Assembly: GCA_965235115.1 (NCBI GenBank) | Contig: OZ249436.1 | Coordinates: 496,001-560,000 of the forward strand | Direction of reading: 5' to 3' | From: Laetmonice hystrix | Lineage: Eukaryota | Length of the DNA: 64,000 bases | Shown here: positions 1-14,835 of the stretch, one piece after another | Position numbering within the stretch: the stretch's first letter is position 1 | Layout: the number at the start of each line of letters is the position of its first letter | Notes under the pieces: model-generated | What the model saw: only the letters and a program-made list of their open reading frames with translations | Database searches by the model: none | What the model was told of the DNA's origin: nothing | Program-made: the position numbers and the translations under genes

Positions 1-3000
1 ATGCTCCTCGCCTGGAACCTTTCATTGCCGCTACCTCACTGTAGTGTCTGTATGGCTACTATAGGCCAGCCGGTAAGATTTAGGGACTTCTCACTCTACT
101 GGTTGGCCTCCCAGACAACTTGCCCCACAGTGTACTGTTTGGCCTCACTGTACACTTTGGCCTCACTGTAGTGTTCGCTTGGATGCTAGGCCAGCCAGTA
201 ATACCTTGTAGGGATTCCTGCCTGTACTGTTTGGCCTCCCTGTACCGTTTTCTTGTATGCAAGAGTTGCCAGTAGTATAGGGACGCCTCATGTTTCATGT
301 TTCCATGCCTTTATTGTCCAGGAGGCAGGCCATACGTTTCGTCTATCATCTACTTCCATCTAATCTGTGTCCCCTACAGACCATCTGTAAGCGTCCGACA
401 ACGTTGTCAGGTCGTCCCAATGATTGTTTGCCGTAAAGGTTTAGTTAACAATGGCAAATGACGTTGTACGCCTTTTCTATATCAGATATCTCATCCCCAA
501 GTACCAAAGAAAGAAAGAAAGAAAGAAAGAATACACAGAGATGTTGCACGCAGAAAACACCAGGGTGCAGCGCAGCTCCACTGAAGCGTGACGGCGGCGC
601 TGACTGCACTGCCGCCTTCCGTCCGGCGGTGGAATCACCACGTACACCTGCCGGGCTGGCAGGCACCTGTGGCTCTTAGGCGAGAGACAGGTTAAAGCAA
701 CGATAAGCGAAAAATGGGGTCGTCAAATTGAAACTACGCACCCCAAAATTATTATTCTTAGGCCAGATGTATAACTGTCAAGCGCATAGGTCTCGTACGT
801 TCGCTAGAGATATATGGTTGTGATGTGTACAATTCCCATTTGAGTATCTTCTCCAGATTTTAACATTAGATGCTCCTCGCCAGTACCTTTCATTTCCACT
901 ACCTCAATGTAGTGTATGCATGGCTACTATAGGCCAGCCGGTAAGATTTAGGGACTTCTCACTCTACTGGTGGCCTCCCACACTACTTGCCCTACAGTGT
1001 ACTGTTTGGCCTAACTGTACACTTTGGCCTCACTGTAGTGTTCGCTTGGGTGCTAGGCCAGACAGTATACCTTGTAGGGATTCATGCCTGTACTGTTTGG
1101 CCTCCCTGTACCGTTTGCTTGTATACAAGAGTAGCCAGTAGTATAGGGACGCCTCATGTTTCCTGTTTCCATGCTTTTATTATCCAGGAGGCAGGCCATA
1201 CGTTTCGTCTATCATCTACTCCCATCTAATCTGTGTCCCCTACAGACCATCTGTAAGCGTCCGACAACGTTGTCAGGTCGTCCCAATGACTGTTTGCCGT
1301 AAGAGTTTAGTTAACAAGTGCAAATGACGTTGTACGCCTTTTCTATATCAGATATCCCATCCCCAAGTAACAAAGAAAGAAAGAATACACAGAGATGTTG
1401 CAGGCAGAAAACACCAGGGTGCAGCGCAGTTCCACTGAAGCGCGACGGCGGCGCTGAATGCACTGCCGCCTTCCGGCCAGAGGTGGAATCACCACGTACA
1501 CCTGCCGGGCTGGCAGGCACCTGTGGCTCTTAGGCAGGAGACAGGTTAAAGCAATGATAAGCGAAAAATGGCTACATTTTTGGTACGTCAGATTTAAACT
1601 ACGCACCCCAAAATTATTATTCTTTGGCCAGATGTATAACTGTCAAACGTATAGGTCTCGTACGTTCGCTACTGATATATGGTTGTGATGTGTACACTTC
1701 TCATTTGAGTATCTTCTCCAGATTTTAACATTAGATGCTCCTCGCCTGGAACCTTTCATTGCCGCTACCTCACTGTAGTGTCTGCATGGCTACTATACGC
1801 CAGCCGGTAAGATTTAGGGACTTCTCACTCTACTGGTTGTCCTCCCACACAACTTGCCCCACAGTGTACTATTTGGCCTCACTCTACACTTTGGCCTCAC
1901 TGTAGTGTTCGCTTGGATGCTAGGCCAGCCAGTAATACCTTGTAGGGATTCCTGCTTGTACTGTTTGGCCTCCCTGTACCGTTTGCTTGTATACAAGAGT
2001 TGCCAGTAGTATAGGGACGCCTCATGTTTCCTGTTTCCATGCCTTTATTGTCCAGGAGGCAGGCCATACGTTTCGTCTATCATCTACTTCCATCTAATCT
2101 GTCTCCCCTACAGACCATCTGTAAGCGTCCGACAACGTTGTCAGGTCGTCCCAATGATTGTTTGCCGTAAAGGTTTAGTTAACAATGGCAAATGGCGTTG
2201 TACGCCTTTTCTATATCAGATATCCCATCCCCAAGTAACAAAGAAAGAAAGAAAGAAAGAATACACAGAGATGTTGCACGCAGAAAACACCAGGGTGCAG
2301 CGCAGCTCCACTGAAGCGCGACGGCGGCGCTGACTGCACTGCCGCCTTCCGTCCGGCGGTGGAATCACCACGTACACCTGCCGGGCTGGCAGGCACCTGT
2401 GGCTCTTAGGCGAGAGACAGGTTAAAGCAATGATAAGCGAAAAATGGCTACATTTTTGGTACGTCAATTTGAAACTAGGCACCCCAAAATTATTATTCTT
2501 TGGCCAGATGTATAACTGTCAAACGTATAGGTCTCGTACGTTCGCTACAGATATATGGTTGTGATGTGTATACTTCTCATTTGAGTATCTTCTCCAGATT
2601 TTAACATTAGATGCTCCTGGCCTGGAACCTTTCATTGCCGCTACCTCACTGTAGTGTCTGCATGGCTACTATAGGCCAGCCGGTAAGATTTAGGGACTTC
2701 TCACTCTACTGGTTGGCCTCCCAGACAACTTGCCCCACAGTGTACTGTTTGGCCTCACTGTACACTTTGGCCTCACTGTAGTGTTCGCTTGGATGCTAGG
2801 CCAGCCAGTAATATCTTGTAGGGATTCCTGCCTGTACTGTTTGGCCTCCCTGTACCGTTTGCTTGTATGCAAGAGTTGCCAGTAGTATAGGGACGCCTCA
2901 TGTTTCATGTTTCCATGCCTTTATTGTCCAGGAGGCAGGCCATACGTTTCGTCTATCATCTACTTCCATCTAATCTGTGTCCCCTACAGACCATCTGTAA

Positions 3001-3116
3001 GCGTCCGACAACGTTGTCAGGTCGTCCCAATGATTGTTTGCCGTAAAGGTTTAGTTAACAATGGCAAATGACGTTGTACGCCTTTTCTATATCAGATATC
3101 TCATCCCCAAGTACCA

Positions 3117-3148
<32 letters not shown>

Positions 3149-6100
3149 ATACACAGAGATGTTGCACGCAGAAAACACCAGGGTGCAGCGCAGCTCCACT
3201 GAAGCGTGACGGCGACGCTGACTGCACTGCCGCCTTCCGTCCGGCGGTGGAATCACCACGTACGCCTGCCGGGCTGGCAGGCACCTGTGGCTCTTAGGCG
3301 AGAGACAGGTTAAAGCAACGATAAGCGAAAAAATGGGGTAGTCAAATTGAAACTACGCACCCCAAAATTATTATTCTTAGGCCAGATGTATAACTGTCAA
3401 GCGCATAGGTCTCGTACGTTCGCTAGAGATATATGGTTGTGATGTGTACAATTCCCATTTGAGTATCTTCTCCAGATTTTAACATTAGATGCTCCTGGCC
3501 AGTACCTTTGATTTCCACTACCTCAATGTAGTGTCTGCATGGCTACTATAGGCCAGCCGGTAAGATTTAGGGACTTCTCACTCTACTGGTGGCCTCCCAC
3601 ACTACTTGCCCTACAGTGTACTGTTTGGCCTAACTGTACACTTTGGCCTCACTGTAGTGTTCGCTTGGGTGCTAGGCCAGCCAGTAATACCTTGTAGGGA
3701 TTCCTGCCTATACTGTTTGGCCTCCCTGTACCGTTTGCTTGTATGCAAGAGTTGCCAGTAGTATAGGGACGCCTCATGTTTCATGTTTCCATGCCTTTAT
3801 TGTCCAGGAGGCAGGCCATACGTTTCGTCTATCATCTACTTCCATCTAATCTGTGTCCCCTACAGACCATCTGTAAGCGTCCGACAACGTTGTCAGGTCG
3901 TCCCAATGATTGTTTGCCGTAAAGGTTTAGTTAACAATGGCAAATGACGTTGTACGCCTTTTCTATATCAGATATCTCATCCCCAAGTACCAAAGAAAGA
4001 AAGAAAGAAAGAAAGAAAGAATACACAGAGATGTTGCACGCAGAAAACACCAGGGTGCAGCGCAGCTCCACTGAAGCGTGACGGCGGCGCTGACTGCACT
4101 GCCGCCTTCCGTCCGGCGGTGGAATCACCACGTACACCTGCCGGGCTGGCAGGCACCTGTGGCTCTTAGGCGAGAGACAGGTTAAAGCAACGATAAGCGA
4201 AAAATGGGGTAGTCAAATTGAAACTACGCACCCCAAAATTATTATTCTTAGGCCAGATGTATAACTGTCAAGCGCATAGGTCTCGTACGTTCGCTAGAGA
4301 TATATGGTTGTGATGTGTACAATTCCCATTTGAGTATCTTCTCCAGATTTTAACATTAGATGCTCCTCGCCAGTACCTTTGATTTCCACTACCTCAATGT
4401 AGTGTCTGCATGGCTACTATAGGCCAGCCGGTAAGATTTAGGGACTTCTCACTCTACTGGTGGCCTCCCACACTACTTGCCCTACAGTGTACTGTTTGGC
4501 CTAACTGTACACTTTGGCCTCACTGTAGTGTTCGCTTGGGTGCTAGGCCAGCCAGTAATACCTTTAGGGATTCCTGCCTATACTGTTTGGCCTCCCTGTA
4601 CCGTTTGCTTGTATACAAGAGTTGCCAGTAGTATAGGGACGCCTCATGTTTCATGTTTCCATGCCTTTATTGTCCGGGAGGCAGGCCATACGTTTCGTCT
4701 ATCATCTACTTCCATCTAATCTGTGTCCCCTACAGACCATCTGTAAGCGTCCGACAACGTTGTCAGGTCGTCCCAATGACTGTTTGCCGTAAGAGTTTAG
4801 TTAACAAGTGCAAATGACGTTGTACGCCTTTTCTATATCAGATATCCCATCCCCAAGTAACAAAGAAAGAAAGAATACACAGAGATGTTGCAGGCAGAAA
4901 ACACCAGGGTGCAGCGCAGTTCCACTGAAGCGCGACGGCGGCGCTGAATGCACTGCCGCCTTCCGGCCAGAGGTGGAATCACCACGTACACCTGCCGGGC
5001 TGGCAGGCACCTGTGGCTCTTAGGCAGGAGACAGGTTAAAGCAATGATAAGCGAAAAATGGCTACATTTTTGGTACGTCAGATTGAAACTACGCACCCCA
5101 AAATTATTATTCTTTGGCCAGATGTATAACTGTCAAACGTATAGGTCTCGTACGTTCGCTACTGATATATGGTTCTGATGTGTACACTTTTCATTTGAGT
5201 ATCTTCTCCAGATTTTAACATTAGATGCTCCTCGCCTGGAACCTTTCATTGCCGCTACCTCACTGTAGTGTCTGCATGGCTACTATACGCCAGCCGGTAA
5301 GATTTAGGGACTTCTCACTCTACTGGTTGTCCTCCCACACAACTTGCCCCACAGTGTACTATTTGGCCTCACTGTACACTTTGGCCTCACTGTAGTGTTC
5401 GCTTGGATGCTAGGCCAGCCAGTAATACCTTGTAGGGATTCCTGCTTGTACTGTTTGGCCTCCCTGTACCGTTTGCTTGTATACAAGAGTTGCCAGTAGT
5501 ATAGGGACGCCTCATGTTTCCTGTTTCCATGCCTTTATTGTCCAGGAGGCAGGCCATACGTTTCGTCTATCATCTACTTCCATCTAATCTGTCTCCCCTA
5601 CAGACCATCTGTAAGCGTCCGACAACGTTGTCAGGTCGTCCCAATGATTGTTTGCCGTAAAGGTTTAGTTAACAATGGCAAATGGCGTTGTACGCCTTTT
5701 CTATATCAGATATCCCATCCCCAAGTAACAAAGAAAGAAAGAAAGAAAGAAAGAAAGAATACACAGAGATGTTGCACGCAGAAAACACCAGGGTGCAGCG
5801 CAGCTCCACTGAAGCGCGACGGCGGCGCTGACTGCACTGCCGCCTTCCGTCCGGCGGTGGAATCACCACGTACACCTGCCGGGCTGGCGGGCACCTGTGG
5901 CTCTTAGGCGAGAGACAGGTTAAAGCAATGATAAGCGAAAAATGGCTACATTTTTGGTACGTCAATTTGAAACTAGGCACCCCAAAATTATTATTCTTTG
6001 GCCAGATGTATAACTGTCAAACGTATAGGTCTCGTACGTTCGCTACAGATATATGGTTGTGATGTGTATACTTCTCATTTGAGTATCTTCTCCAGATTTT

Positions 6101-9100
6101 AACATTAGATGCTCCTGGCCTGGAACCTTTCATTGCCGCTACCTCACTGTAGTGTCTGCATGGCTACTATAGGCCAGCCGGTAAGATTTAGGGACTTCTC
6201 ACTCTACTGGTTGGCCTCCCAGACAACTTGCCCCACAGTGTACTGTTTGGCCTCACTGTAGTGTTCGCTTGGATGCTAGGCCAGCCAGTAATACCTTGTA
6301 GGGATTCCTGCCTATACTGTTTGGCCTCCCTGTACCGTTTGCTTGTATACAAGAGTTGCCAGTAGTATAGGGACGCCTCATGTTTCATGTTTCCATGCCT
6401 TTATTGTCCAGGAGGCAGGCCATACGTTTCGTCTATCATCTACTTCCATCTAATCTGTGTCCCCTACAGACCATCTGTAAGCGTCCGACAACGTTGTCAG
6501 GTCGTCCCAATGACTGTTTGCCGTAAGAGTTTAGTTAACAAGTGCAAATGACGTTGTACGCCTTTTCTATATCAGATATCCCATCCCCAAGTAACAAAGA
6601 AAGAAAGAATACACAGAGATGTTGCAGGCAGAAAACACCAGGGTGCAGCGCAGTTCCACTGAAGCGCGACGGCGGCGCTGAATGCACTGCCGCCTTCCGG
6701 CCAGAGGTGGAATCACCACGTACACCTGCCGGGCTGGCAGGCACCTGTGGCTCTTAGGCAGGAGACAGGTTAAAGCAATGATAAGCGAAAAATGGCTACA
6801 TTTTTGGTACGTCAGATTGAAACTACGCACCCCAAAATTATTATTCTTTGGCCAGATGTATAACTGTCAAACGTATAGGTCTCGTACGTTCGCTACTGAT
6901 ATATGGTTCTGATGTGTACACTTTTCATTTGAGTATCTTCTCCAGATTTTAACATTAGATGCTCCTCGCCTGGAACCTTTCATTGCCGCTACCTCACTGT
7001 AGTGTCTGCATGGCTACTATACGCCAGCCGGTAAGATTTAGGGACTTCTCACTCTACTGGTTGTCCTCCCACACAACTTGCCCCACAGTGTACTATTTGG
7101 CCTCACTGTACACTTTGGCCTCACTGTAGTGTTCGCTTGGATGCTAGGCCAGCCAGTAATACCTTGTAGGGATTCCTGCTTGTACTGTTTGGCCTCCCTG
7201 TACCGTTTGCTTGTATACAAGAGTTGCCAGTAGTATAGGGACGCCTCATGTTTCCTGTTTCCATGCCTTTATTGTCCAGGAGGCAGGCCATACGTTTCGT
7301 CTATCATCTACTTCCATCTAATCTGTCTCCCCTACAGACCATCTGTAAGCGTCCGACAACGTTGTCAGGTCGTCCCAATGATTGTTTGCCGTAAAGGTTT
7401 AGTTAACAATGGCAAATGGCGTTGTACGCCTTTTCTATATCAGATATCCCATCCCCAAGTAACAAAGAAAGAAAGAAAGAAAGAATACACAGAGATGTTG
7501 CACGCAGAAAACACCAGGGTGCAGCGCAGCTCCACTGAAGCGCGACGGCGGCGCTGACTGCACTGCCGCCTTCCGTCCGGCGGTGGAATCACCACGTACA
7601 CCTGCCGGGCTGGCAGGCACCTGTGGCTCTTAGGCGAGAGACAGGTTAAAGCAATGATAAGCGAAAAATGGCTACATTTTTGGTACGTCAATTTGAAACT
7701 AGGCACCCCAAAATTATTATTCTTTGGCCAGATGTATAACTGTCAAACGTATAGGTCTCGTACGTTCGCTACAGATATATGGTTGTGATGTGTATACTTC
7801 TCATTTGAGTATCTTCTCCAGATTTTAACATTAGATGCTCCTGGCCTGGAACCTTTCATTGCCGCTACCTCACTGTAGTGTCTGCATGGCTACTATAGGC
7901 CAGCCGGTAAGATTTAGGGACTTCTCACTCTACTGGTTGGCCTCCCAGACAACTTGCCCCACAGTGTACTGTTTGGCCTCACTGTACACTTTGGCCTCAC
8001 TGTAGTGTTCGCTTGGATGCTAGGCCAGCCAGTAATATCTTGTAGGGATTCCTGCCTGTACTGTTTGGCCTCCCTGTACCGTTTGCTTGTATGCAAGAGT
8101 TGCCAGTAGTATAGGGACGCCTCATGTTTCATGTTTCCATGCCTTTATTGTCCAGGAGGCAGGCCATACGTTTCGTCTATCATCTACTTCCATCTAATCT
8201 GTGTCCCCTACAGACCATCTGTAAGCGTCCGACAACGTTGTCAGGTCGTCCCAATGATTGTTTGCCGTAAAGGTTTAGTTAACAATGGCAAATGACGTTG
8301 TACGCCTTTTCTATATCAGATATCTCATCCCCAAGTACCAAAGAAAGAAAGAAAGAAAGAAAGAAAGAATACACAGAGATGTTGCACGCAGAAAACACCA
8401 GGGTGCAGCGCAGCTCCACTGAAGCGTGACGGCGGCGCTGACTGCACTGCCGCCTTCCGTCCGGCGGTGGAATCACCACGTACGCCTGCCGGGCTGGCAG
8501 GCACCTGTGGCTCTTAGGCGAGAGACAGGTTAAAGCAATGATAAACGAAAAATGGGGTAGTCAAATTGAAACTACGCACCCGAAAATTATTATTCTTAGG
8601 CCAGATGTATAACTGTCAAGCGTATAGGTCTCGTACGTTCGCTACAGATATATGGTTGTGATGTGTACACTTCCCATTTGAGTATCTTCTCCAGATTTTA
8701 ACATTAGATGCTCCTGGCCTGGAACCTTTCATTGCCGCTACCTCACTGTAGTGTCTGCATGGCTACAATAGGCCATCCGGTAAGATTTAGGGACTTCTCA
8801 CTCTACTGGTTGGCCTCCCACACAACTTGGCCCACAGTGTACTGTTTGGCCTCACTGTAGTGTTCGCTTGGATGCTAGGCCAGCCAGTAATACCTTGTAG
8901 GGATTCCTGCCTATACTGTTTGGCCTCCCTGTACCGTTTGCTTGTATACAAGAGTTGCCAGTAGTATAGGGACGCCTCATGTTTCATGTTTCCATGCCTT
9001 TATTGTCCAGGAGGCAGGCCATACGTTTCGTCTATCATCTACTTCCATCTAATCTGTGTCCCCTACAGACCATCTGTAAGCGTCCGACAACGTTGTCAGG

Positions 9101-12100
9101 TCGTCCCAATGATTGTTTGCCGTAAAGGTTTAGTTAACAATGGCAAATGGCGTTGTACGCCTTTTCTTTATCAGATATCCCATCCCCAAGTAACAAAGAA
9201 GGAAAGAAAGAAAGAATACACAGAGATGTTGCAGGCAGAAAACACCAGGGTGCAGCGCAGCTCCACTGAAGCGCGACGGCGGCGCTGACTGCACTGCCGC
9301 CTTCCGTCCGGCGATGGAATCACCACGTACACCTGCCGGGCTGGCAGGCACCTGTGGCTCTTAGGCGAGAGACAGGTTAAAGCAATGATAAGCGAAAAAT
9401 GGGGAAGTCAAATTGAAACTACGCACCCGAAAATTATTATTCTTAGGCCAGATGTATAACTGTCAAGCGTATAGGGCTCGCCTGGAACCTTTCATTGCTG
9501 CTACCTCACTGTAGTGTCTGCATGGCTACAATAGGCCAGCCGGTAAGATTTAGGGACTTTTCACTCTACTGGTTGGCCTCCCACACAACTTGCCCCACAG
9601 TGTACTGTTTGGCCTCACTGTACACTTTGGCCTCACTGTAGTGTTCGCTTGGATGCTAGGCCAGCCAGTAATACCTTGTAGGGATTCATGCCTGTACTGT
9701 TTGGCCTCCCTGTACCGTTTGCTTGTATACAAGGGTTGCCAGTAGTATAGGGACGCCTCATGTTTCATGTTTCCATGCCTTTATTGTCCAGGAGGCAGGC
9801 CATACGTTTCGTCTATCATCTACTTCCATCTAATCTGTGTCCCCTACAGACCATCTGTAAGCGTCCGACAACGTTGTCAGGTCGTCGCAATGATTGTTTG
9901 CCGTAAAGGTTTAGTTAACAATGGCACCTGTGGCTCTTAGGCGCGAGACAGGTTAAAGCAATGATAAACGAAAAATGGGGTAGTCAAATTGAAACTACGC
10001 ACCCGAAAATTATTATTCTTAGGCCAGATGTATAACTGTCAAGCGTATAGGTCTCGTACGTTCGCTACAGATATATGGTTGTGATGTGTACACTTCCCAT
10101 TTGAGTATCTTCTCCAGATTTTAACATTAGATGCTCCTGGCCTGGAACCTTTCATTGCCGCTACCTCACTGTAGTGTCTGCATGGCTACTATACGCCAGC
10201 CGGTAAGATTTAGGGACTTCTCACTCTACTGGTTGGCCTCCCACACAACTTGCCCCACAGTGTACTGTTTGGCCTCACTGTAGTGTTCGCTTGGATGCTA
10301 GGCCAGCCAGTAATACCTTGTAGGGATTCCTGCCTATACTGTTTGGCCTCCCTGTACCGTTTGCTTGTATACAAGAGTTGCCAGTAGTATAGGGACGCCT
10401 CATGTTTCATGTTTCCATGCCTTTATTGTCCAGGAGGCAGGCCATACGTTTCGTCTATCATCTACTTCCATCTAATCTGTGTCCCCTACAGACCATCTGT
10501 AAGCGTCCGACAACGTTGTCAGGTCGTCCCAATGATTGTTTGCCGTAAAGGTTTAGTTAACAATGGCAAATGGCGTTGTACGCCTTTTCTATATCAGATA
10601 TCCCATCCCCAAGTAACAAAGAAGGAAAGAAAGAAAGAATACACAGAGATGTTGCAGGCAGAAAACACCAGGGTGCAGCGCAGCTCCACTGAAGCGCGAC
10701 GGCGGCGCTGACTGCACTGCCGCCTTCCGTCCGGCGGTGGAATCACCACGTACACCTGCCGGGCTGGCAGGCACCTGTGGCTCTTAGGCGAGAGACAGGT
10801 TAAAGCAATGATAAACGAAAAATGGGGTAGTCAAATTGAAACTACGCACCCGAAAATTATTATTCTTAGGCCAGATGTATAACTGTCAAGCGTATAGGTC
10901 TCGTACGTTCGCTACAGATATATGGTTGTGATGTGTACACTTCCCATTTGAGTATCTTCTCCAGATTTTAACATTAGATGCTCCTGGCCTGGAACCTTTC
11001 ATTGCCGCTACCTCACTGTAGTGTCTGCATGGCTACTATACGCCAGCCGGTAAGATTTAGGGACTTCTCACTCTACTGGTTGGCCTCCCACACAACTTGC
11101 CCCACAGTGTACTGTTTGGCCTCACTGTAGTGTTCGCTTGGATGCTAGGCCAGCCAGTAATACCTTGTAGGGATTCCTGCCTATACTGTTTGGCCTCCCT
11201 GTACCGTTTGCTTGTATACAAGAGTTGCCAGTAGTATAGGGACGCCTCATGTTTCATGTTTCCATGCCTTTATTGTCCAGGAGGCAGGCCATACGTTTCG
11301 TCTATCATCTACTTCCATCTAATCTGTGTCCCCTACAGACCATCTGTAAGCGTCCGACAACGTTGTCAGGTCGTCCCAATGATTGTTTGCCGTAAAGGTT
11401 TAGTTAACAATGGCAAATGGCGTTGTACGCCTTTTCTATATCAGATATCCCATCCCCAAGTAACAAAGAAGGAAAGAAAGAAAGAATACACAGAGATGTT
11501 GCAGGCAGAAAACACCAGGGTGCAGCGCAGCTCCACTGAAGCGCGACGGCGGCGCTGACTGCACTGCCGCCTTCCGTCCGGCGGTGGAATCACCACGTAC
11601 ACCTGCCGGGCTGGCAGGCACCTGTGGCTCTTAGGCGAGAGACAGGTTAAAGCAATGATAAACGAAAAATGGGGTAGTCAAATTGAAACTACGCACCCGA
11701 AAATTATTATTCTTAGGCCAGATGTATAACTGTCAAGCGTATAGGTCTCGTACGTTCGCCACAGATATATGGTTGTGATGTGTACACTTCCCATTTGAGT
11801 ATCTTCTCCAGATTTTAACATTAGATGCTCCTCGCCTGGAACCTTTCATTGCCGCTACCTCACTGTAGTGTCTGCATGGCTACTATACGCCAGCCGGTAA
11901 GATTTAGGGACTTCTCACTCTACTGGTTGGCCTCCCACACAACTTGCCCCACAGTGTACTGTTTGGCCTCACTGTAGTGTTCGCTTGGATGCTAGGCCAG
12001 CCAGTAATACCTTGTAGGGATTCCTGCCTATACTGTTTGGCCTCCCTGTACCGTTTGCTTGTATACAAGAGTTGCCAGTAGTATAGGGACGCCTCATGTT

Positions 12101-14787
12101 TCATGTTTACATGCCTTTATTGTCCAGGAGGCAGGCCATACGTTTCGTCTATCATCTACTTCCATCTAATCTGTGTCCCCTACAGACCATCTGTAAGCGT
12201 CCGACAACGTTGTCAGGTCGTCCCAATGATTGTTTGCCGTAAAGGTTTAGTTAACAATGGCAAATGGCGTTGTACGCCTTTTCTATATCAGATATCCCAT
12301 CCCCAAGTAACAAAGAAGGAAAGAAAGAAGGAATACACAGAGATGTTGCAGGCAGAAAACACCAGGGTGCAGCGCAGCTCCACTGAAGCGCGACGGCGGC
12401 GCTGACTGCACTGCCGCCTTCCGTCCGGCGGTGGAATCACCACGTACACCTGCCGGGCTGGCAGGCACCTGTGGCTCTTAGGCGAGAGACAGGTTAAAGC
12501 AATGATAAACGAAAAATGGGGTAGTCAAATTGAAACTACGCACCCGAAAATTATTATTCTTAGGCCAGATGTATAACTGTCAAGCGTATAGGTCTCGTAC
12601 GTTCGCTACAGATATATGGTTGTGATGTGTACACTTCCCATTTGAGTATCTTCTCCAGATTTTAACATTAGATGCTCCTGGCCTGGAACCTTTCATTGCC
12701 GCTACCTCACTGTAGTGTCTGCATGGCTACTATACGCCAGCCGGTAAGATTTAGGGACTTCTCACTCTACTGGTTGGCCTCCCACACAACTTGCCCCACA
12801 GTGTACTGTTTGGCCTCACTGTAGTGTTCGCTTGGATGCTAGGCCAGCCAGTAATACCTTGTAGGGATTCCTGCCTATACTGTTTGGCCTCCCTGTACCG
12901 TTTGCTTGTATACAAGAGTTGCCAGTAGTATAGGGACGCCTCATGTTCCATGTTTCCATGCCTTTATTGTCCAGGAGGCAGGCCGTACGTTTCGTCTATC
13001 ATCTACTTCCATCTAATCTGTGTCCCCTACAGACCATCTGTAAGCGTCCGACAACGTTGTCAGGTCGTCCCAATGATTGTTTGCCGTAAAGGTTTAGTTA
13101 ACAATGGCAAATGGCGTTGTACGCCTTTTCTTTATCAGATATCCCATCCCCAAGTAACAAAGAAGGAAAGAAAGAAAGAATACACAGAGATGTTGCAGGC
13201 AGAAAACACCAGGGTGCAGCGGAGCTCCACTGAAGCGCGACGGCGGCGCTGACTGCACTGCCGCCTTCCGTCCGGCGGTGGAATCACCACGTACACCTGT
13301 CGGGCTGGCAGGCACCTGTGGCTCTTAGGCGAGAGACAGGTTAAAGCAATGATAAGCGAAAAATGGGGAAGTCAAATTGAAACTAGGCACCCGAAAATTA
13401 TTATTCTTAGGCCAGATGTATAACTGTCAAGCGTATAGGGCTCGCCTGGAACCTTTCATTGCCGCTACCTCACTGTAGTGTCTGCATGGCTACAATAGGC
13501 CAGCCGGTAAGATTTAGGGACTTTTCACTCTACTGGTTGGCCTCCCACACAACTTGCCCCACAGTGTACTGTTTGGCCTCACTGTACACTTTGGCCTCAC
13601 TGTAGTGTTCGCTTGGATGCTAGGCCAGCCAGTAATACCTTGTAGGGATTCATGCCTGTACTGTTTGGCCTCCCTGTACCGTTTGCTTGTATACAAGAGT
13701 TGCCAGTAGTATAGGGACGCCTCATGTTTCATGTTTACATGCCTTTATTGTCCAGGAGGCAGGCCATACGTTTCGTCTATCATCTACTTCCATCTAATCT
13801 GTGTCCCCTACAGACCATCTGTAAGCGTCCGACAACGTTGTCAGGTCGTCCCAATGATTGTTTGCCGTAAAGGTTTAGTTAACAATGGCAAATGGCGTTG
13901 TACGCCTTTTCTATATCAGATATCCCATCCCCAAGTAACAAAGAAGGAAAGAAAGAAAGAATACACAGAGATGTTGCAGGCAGAAAACACCAGGGTGCAG
14001 CGCAGCTCCACTGAAGCGCGGCGGCGGCGCTGACTGCACTGCCGCCTTCCGTCCGGCGGTGGAATCACCACGTACACCTGCCGGGCTGGCAGGCACCTGT
14101 GGCTCTTAGGCGAGAGACAGGTTAAAGCAATGATAAAAGAAAAATGGGGTAGTCAAATTGAAATTACGCACCCGAAAATTATTATTCTTAGGCCAGATGT
14201 ATAACTGTCAAGCGTATAGGTCTCGTACGTTCGCTACAGATATATGGTTGTGATGTGTACACTTCCCATTTGAGTATCTTCTCCAGATTTTAACATTAGA
14301 TGCTCCTGGCCTGGAACCTTTCATTGCCGCTACCTCACTGTAGTGTCTGCATGGCTACAATAGGCCAGCCGGTAAGATTTAGGGACTTCTCACTCTACTG
14401 GTTGGCCTCCCACACAACTTGCCCCACAGTGTACTGTTTGGCCTCACTGTAGTGTTCGCTTGGATGCTAGGCCAGCCAGTAATACCTTGTAGGGATTCCT
14501 TCCTGTACTGTTTGGCCTCCCTGTACCGTTTGCTTCTATGCAATAGTTGCCAGTAGTATAGGGACGCCTCATGTTTCATGTTTCCATGCCTTTATTGTCC
14601 AGGAGGCAGGCCATACGTTTCGTCTATCATCTACTTCCATCTAATCTGTGTCCCCTACAGACGATCTGTAAGCGTCCGACAACGTTGTCAGGTCGTCCCA
14701 ATGATTGTTTGCCGTAAAGGTTTAGTTAACAATGGCAAATGGCGTTGTACGCCTTTTCTATATCAGATATCCTATCCCCAAGTAACA

Positions 14788-14835
<48 letters not shown>

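Noticed and set aside
31..38. let-7 seed complement CTACCTCA in each unit
   Set aside because: Only an 8-nt match with no supporting precursor; expected by chance.
335..353. Hammerhead-like core on the minus strand (GATGA..GACGAAAC) and HDV-like CTCCTCGC at the unit start
   Set aside because: Core reads TAGATGA, not CTGANGA, and the required flanking stems are not evident.
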